From contig NC_000962.3 of NCBI RefSeq assembly GCF_000195955.2, positions 210,001 through 242,000 of the forward strand: a DNA stretch of 32,000 nucleotides. The letters run 5' to 3'. This document shows positions 28,396 through 32,000 of this stretch, piece by piece. Made by a program: the position numbers and the translations under genes. How positions within the stretch are numbered: position 1 is the stretch's first letter; every line of letters begins with the position of its first letter. The stretch is from Mycobacterium tuberculosis H37Rv (GTDB lineage Bacteria > Actinomycetota > Actinomycetes > Mycobacteriales > Mycobacteriaceae). Under the pieces are notes generated by a model, which had not been told where the DNA came from, searched no databases, and saw only the letters and a program-made list of their open reading frames with translations.

Positions 28396-31292
28396 CTCGC
28401 CTCCTCCAACATCGCCACGGCCACCGACAGGCAACGCCGCCGGACCTCTTCCCACTTTGCCTGGGCATCAGCTCCGGGCGACTGGTCACCGAGGTCAGAC
28501 GGTTGCGGATCTGCCAGGCGACCAACCAACTGGGTGGCCATCCATTGCCGCCCGGGTGCTTGACAAGAGTAGTACCGATCCATCCCAGCCAGCACCGCGG
28601 CGGCGGTTTCGGGTGCCATCGTATCGACCAGGTCAGCAAAGTCGGCGTAGTCGTGGCTGCTGTTTCGGGACATGATCAGGTAGCCCTTGAAGCGCAGCGT
28701 TTCCGCGCCGGTTGGGATCTGCAAGCGGTCACCGGTGGGCAATGCGACGTTGGTCGTCTCCACCGGGCTGCGCCGCCGGTAGCCGGGGCCCGCCCGGTGA
28801 GTCTGCACCCCCCCGCACTCCCAGGTGGTTGTCTGAAGCGCGTCGAGGGCGACCGCGAGCCGCTTGCGCCACACGGTGACCGGGTGCACCGGGCGCTGGC
28901 CCCATGATATCGCCCGGGCGATGCCGTTGCGGTAGGCCAGCTGCACCTGGTCGAGCGCCTTACCGTCACATCCACACCCGGTGAAGGCGAGCGGATCGGT
29001 AACGCAAATGGCGTCCGGCGCAAGTCGCTTGAGCTTGGCCGCCGACTTGAGCACCATCCGCACATCCGCGCTGGGCGGGATCGCCGCGGCGAAGTCGTCA
29101 GGAATGACCACGACGTCACCGAGGTCGACTTTCGGCAGCGGTCGGTCGAAGTCGACCGACGGCAAGATGTGGGCCAGCCATCGGGGCAACCACCAGTTCC
29201 ATCGGTCAAACATCGCCATCAATGCCGGTACCAGCACCAGCCGCACGACGGTGGCGTCCACGGCGATCGCGACCGCGCACGCCACGCCGATCTCGGCCAC
29301 TAGCGGCATGCCGGCGAACGCGAACCCGCAAAACACCGCGATCATGATCAACGCGGCGCTGGTGATCGTGCGCGCGCTGGTGCGCACACCGTACGCGACC
29401 GCGTCGCGGGTCTGGCCCGTCTGCAGGAACCGCTCCCGGATTCGCGTAAGCAGGAAGATTTCATAGTCCATCGACAACCCGAACGTCATCGCCAGGACCA
29501 GCGGGGGAACGGTGCTGTCGATCGAATGAAGCGCCGGGAAACCGAGCCCCCGTGCCCAGCCCCACTGGAAGACCATCACCAGGCTGCCGTAGGCGGCGGC
29601 CACCGACAGCAGCGTCATCAGCACGCCCTTGAACGCCAGGAACACCGAGCGGATTGAGATCAACAACATCAAAAACGCGATCACCGCCACGAAGACCAGC
29701 ACCAGCGGTTGCGTCGCGGACACCCGGTCGTCGAAATCCTTGATCAGAGCGGTCGGCCCGCCGACGTCCACTTGTGCCGCGCCGGCAACCCGGGGTAGCT
29801 GGGTCCGCATCCAGGTGATGGTGTCGCGGGCGCCCAAATCCTCGGGATCGACCGATAGCACCGCGCTGAGCAAAGCGCTGCCGTTGTCGTCGGCGAATCG
29901 CGGTGGGGCCACCGAAACGACGTTGGGCGCCTGTGCGATCCGATGACGGATTGCGGCGATTGTCTGGCTATGTTCGGGTGCGGACGCACCGCCGGCGTCA
30001 AACCTGACCAGCACCTGAACCGGGCCCAGCGCGCCCGGCCCCAGCGCTTGGGCCGCGGCCGCTGCGCCGGTGCGGATCTCGTGTGACGAGTCGAACTGGC
30101 GCAGCAAGCTGTTGCCCAGCACCATCAAGGTTGCCGGTGCCGCCATGACAAGCAGCACGGTCGATGCCGCCAGTGCTGTGATCCAGGGTCGGCGCATCAC
30201 CCACCCGACCCAGCGGGACCAGAACCAAGATTGCGTGCTTGCCGGCCGCCGCGACCAGTGCACTAACGCTGACCGCTTGGCCGCCGCGCGGGCAAATGTT
30301 GCTAGCACGGCAGGTGTCAGGGTGGCCGACGTCAGCATCGCAACCGCGACCGCGAGAATCGCCCCGGTGGCCATCGATCTCAGCGCCGGGGTGTTGATCA
30401 GGTAGATCCCGGTCAGCGACGCGATGACCGTCATACCGGACAACACCACAGCCAACCCCGAAGTGGCCATCGCGGCGTCGACCGCGTCGGGCGGCCGGCG
30501 TCCGCAACGCAGTTCCTCGCGGTAGCGCATCAGGATGAACAGGGAGTAGTCGACGGCAAGCGCGATGCCGAACATCGAAACGGTCGATGTCACGAACACC
30601 GACATGGTGGTGTGCATCGACAACACAAACACCAGGCCCATGGTGATGACGACCGTGCAAACGGCGAGTGCCAGCGGGATCGCTGCGGCGGCCAACGAGC
30701 CGAAAACCGCAACCAGGACCATCAGAATGATAGGCAGGTTCCAGCGTTCGGCGTTGGCAATATCGTGTTTGGTGTTTGCCGCCGCGGCCGCGGACAGCGC
30801 GCCCTGCCCGATGACATAGAGCCGCACTTTGCCGTTGGCAGTTTGCCCGGACTGATCGCCTTTGACGCCTATTCGGTCGCGCAGCTTTTTGGCGACGTCA
30901 CTGGTGCCCGCGTTGCGGGCGTCCAGCCGCAGCGACACCACATACGGCCGGTCCGGTTGCGGGGGCCGTTGGGTGGGGTTGGGTGCCTCCGTCACCCCAG
31001 GCAGTTCGCTGGCTATTTGTCGCAGTAGCGCGACGGCATTGTCGATGTCTTGGTAGCTAGCATCCGGTCGGGGGGCCGCTACCAGCGCCAGCGCCGGGGC
31101 TCCCCGGTCCGGGTAGTGCGCGTCGAGTTGGTCGTGGACCAGCAATGACTGCGACCCGGCGACTTCGAAACCGCCACCGGTTAGATTCCCCGACTGCGTC
31201 ATCGCCAGGTAAACCGCCGGCACTAACGCCAGCAACCAACCCGTGAAGACCAACCAACGGCACCTGCGCAGGTTGCGGCTCAAGCGCATCAT
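28392..31292 (-). CDS. mmpL11: RND-family transporter MmpL11 (Rv0202c ortholog), 966 aa
   Basis: MMRLSRNLRRCRWLVFTGWLLALVPAVYLAMTQSGNLTGGGFEVAGSQS...; MMPL domains, GLSMDYEIFLLTRIRE motif. Confidence 0.96.
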   Translation of the reverse strand: MMRLSRNLRRCRWLVFTGWLLALVPAVYLAMTQSGNLTGGGFEVAGSQSLLVHDQLDAHYPDRGAPALALVAAPRPDASYQDIDNAVALLRQIASELPGVTEAPNPTQRPPQPDRPYVVSLRLDARNAGTSDVAKKLRDRIGVKGDQSGQTANGKVRLYVIGQGALSAAAAANTKHDIANAERWNLPIILMVLVAVFGSLAAAAIPLALAVCTVVITMGLVFVLSMHTTMSVFVTSTVSMFGIALAVDYSLFILMRYREELRCGRRPPDAVDAAMATSGLAVVLSGMTVIASLTGIYLINTPALRSMATGAILAVAVAMLTSATLTPAVLATFARAAAKRSALVHWSRRPASTQSWFWSRWVGWVMRRPWITALAASTVLLVMAAPATLMVLGNSLLRQFDSSHEIRTGAAAAAQALGPGALGPVQVLVRFDAGGASAPEHSQTIAAIRHRIAQAPNVVSVAPPRFADDNGSALLSAVLSVDPEDLGARDTITWMRTQLPRVAGAAQVDVGGPTALIKDFDDRVSATQPLVLVFVAVIAFLMLLISIRSVFLAFKGVLMTLLSVAAAYGSLVMVFQWGWARGLGFPALHSIDSTVPPLVLAMTFGLSMDYEIFLLTRIRERFLQTGQTRDAVAYGVRTSARTITSAALIMIAVFCGFAFAGMPLVAEIGVACAVAIAVDATVVRLVLVPALMAMFDRWNWWLPRWLAHILPSVDFDRPLPKVDLGDVVVIPDDFAAAIPPSADVRMVLKSAAKLKRLAPDAICVTDPLAFTGCGCDGKALDQVQLAYRNGIARAISWGQRPVHPVTVWRKRLAVALDALQTTTWECGGVQTHRAGPGYRRRSPVETTNVALPTGDRLQIPTGAETLRFKGYLIMSRNSSHDYADFADLVDTMAPETAAAVLAGMDRYYSCQAPGRQWMATQLVGRLADPQPSDLGDQSPGADAQAKWEEVRRRCLSVAVAMLEEAR

Positions 31293-31465
31293 GAACTGCT
31301 GGATTTCGGACTCCCCGTACTCTCGCGCAGTGCGTGCCCGCGAGCCTACCGAAGATCGCGTGCATGCGTTCGGCGTGGACCGCACAGCACCTGGAGTTGG
31401 CGGCGCCGAGGGCCGAGATGGCAGGATGACGGATCGTCGGGGGCGGGAACTCCCAGGCCGCCGGG

Positions 31466-31498
31466 CCGTCGCAAACCCGTCGCAAACCCGTCGCAAAC
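31466..31498 (+). repeat. Tandem repeat, 3 perfect copies of an 11-bp unit upstream of Rv0203
   Basis: CCGTCGCAAAC x3 (31466-31476, 31477-31487, 31488-31498). Confidence 0.95.
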
Positions 31499-31513
31499 CG
31501 TAAGGAGTCATCC

Positions 31514-31924
31514 ATGAAGACAGGCACCGCGACGACGCGGCGCAGGCTGTTGGCAGTACTGATCGCCCTCGCGTTGCCGGGGGCCGCCGTTGCGCTGCTG
31601 GCCGAACCATCAGCGACCGGCGCGTCGGACCCGTGCGCGGCCAGCGAAGTGGCGAGGACGGTCGGTTCGGTCGCCAAGTCGATGGGCGACTACCTGGATT
31701 CACACCCAGAGACCAACCAGGTGATGACCGCGGTCTTGCAGCAGCAGGTAGGGCCGGGGTCGGTCGCATCGCTGAAGGCCCATTTCGAGGCGAATCCCAA
31801 GGTCGCATCGGATCTGCACGCGCTTTCGCAACCGCTGACCGATCTTTCGACTCGGTGCTCGCTGCCGATCAGCGGCCTGCAGGCGATCGGTTTGATGCAG
31901 GCGGTGCAGGGCGCCCGCCGGTAG
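31514..31924 (+). CDS. Secreted heme-binding protein (Rv0203 ortholog), 136 aa
   Basis: MKTGTATTRRRLLAVLIALALPGAAVALLAEPSATGASDPCAASEVARTVGSVAKSMGDYLDSHPETNQVMTAVLQQQVG...; signal peptide, SD AAGGAG, divergent from mmpL11. Confidence 0.93.
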   Translation: MKTGTATTRRRLLAVLIALALPGAAVALLAEPSATGASDPCAASEVARTVGSVAKSMGDYLDSHPETNQVMTAVLQQQVGPGSVASLKAHFEANPKVASDLHALSQPLTDLSTRCSLPISGLQAIGLMQAVQGARR

Positions 31925-31926
31925 AT

Positions 31927-31949
31927 GCCGGACCGCCGCCGGGTCCGGC
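31927..31949 (+). terminator. GC-rich hairpin immediately after the Rv0203 stop codon
   Basis: GCCGGACC-GCCGCCG-GGTCCGGC, 8-bp perfect stem beginning 3 nt after the TAG; no U-tract. Confidence 0.45.
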
Positions 31950-32000
31950 GCAGTCGAGCGTGAGGCAGCGGTCGCCTACCGGGGCGGTGTCTCGCCGCCT

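Noticed and set aside
31293-31808. 172-aa N-terminal extension of the mmpL11 ORF running antisense into Rv0203
   Set aside because: MmpL N-terminus MMRLSRNLRRCRW begins at 31292; the extension is out of character and overlaps the well-supported Rv0203 and the promoter region.
31925-32000. Possible 3' end of a minus-strand Rv0204c-like gene at the right edge
   Set aside because: Too little sequence remains to identify a reading frame or product with confidence.

Overview
From protein and gene-order recognition (recalled, not searched), this window looks like Mycobacterium tuberculosis complex chromosome collinear with about Rv0179c-Rv0203. Recognised landmarks are lprO, sigG, the Rv0183 lipase, bglS, mymT, ilvD, ricR (Rv0190), Rv0192 (L,D-transpeptidase), Rv0194 (ABC exporter), Rv0195/Rv0196 regulators, Rv0197, zmp1, omamA/omamB, mmpL11 and Rv0203. 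I see no tRNA/rRNA, IS element, prophage or CRISPR array; it is mostly core chromosome. The most interesting observations are: (1) the secretion signal (Rv0192A) and the L,D-transpeptidase body (Rv0192) lie in different frames, and the junction has the layout expected for -1 ribosomal frameshifting (SD-like GGAGG, C_CCG_GGG heptamer, downstream GC stem), with a lineage frameshift mutation as the alternative; (2) an uncharacterised neighbourhood (Rv0193c to Rv0197) with a possible phytanoyl-CoA-dioxygenase-like protein, a fused asymmetric ABC exporter, a degenerate-receiver LuxR regulator, a TetR regulator with a clear upstream palindrome and a molybdopterin oxidoreductase; (3) an 18-bp perfect inverted repeat at the convergent Rv0197/zmp1 junction; (4) a 23-nt direct repeat between divergent Rv0193c and Rv0194; (5) two matching TACCC-N5-GGGTA copper-regulon boxes; (6) a possible CTG start for bglS; (7) a triple 11-bp repeat next to the Rv0203 start codon.
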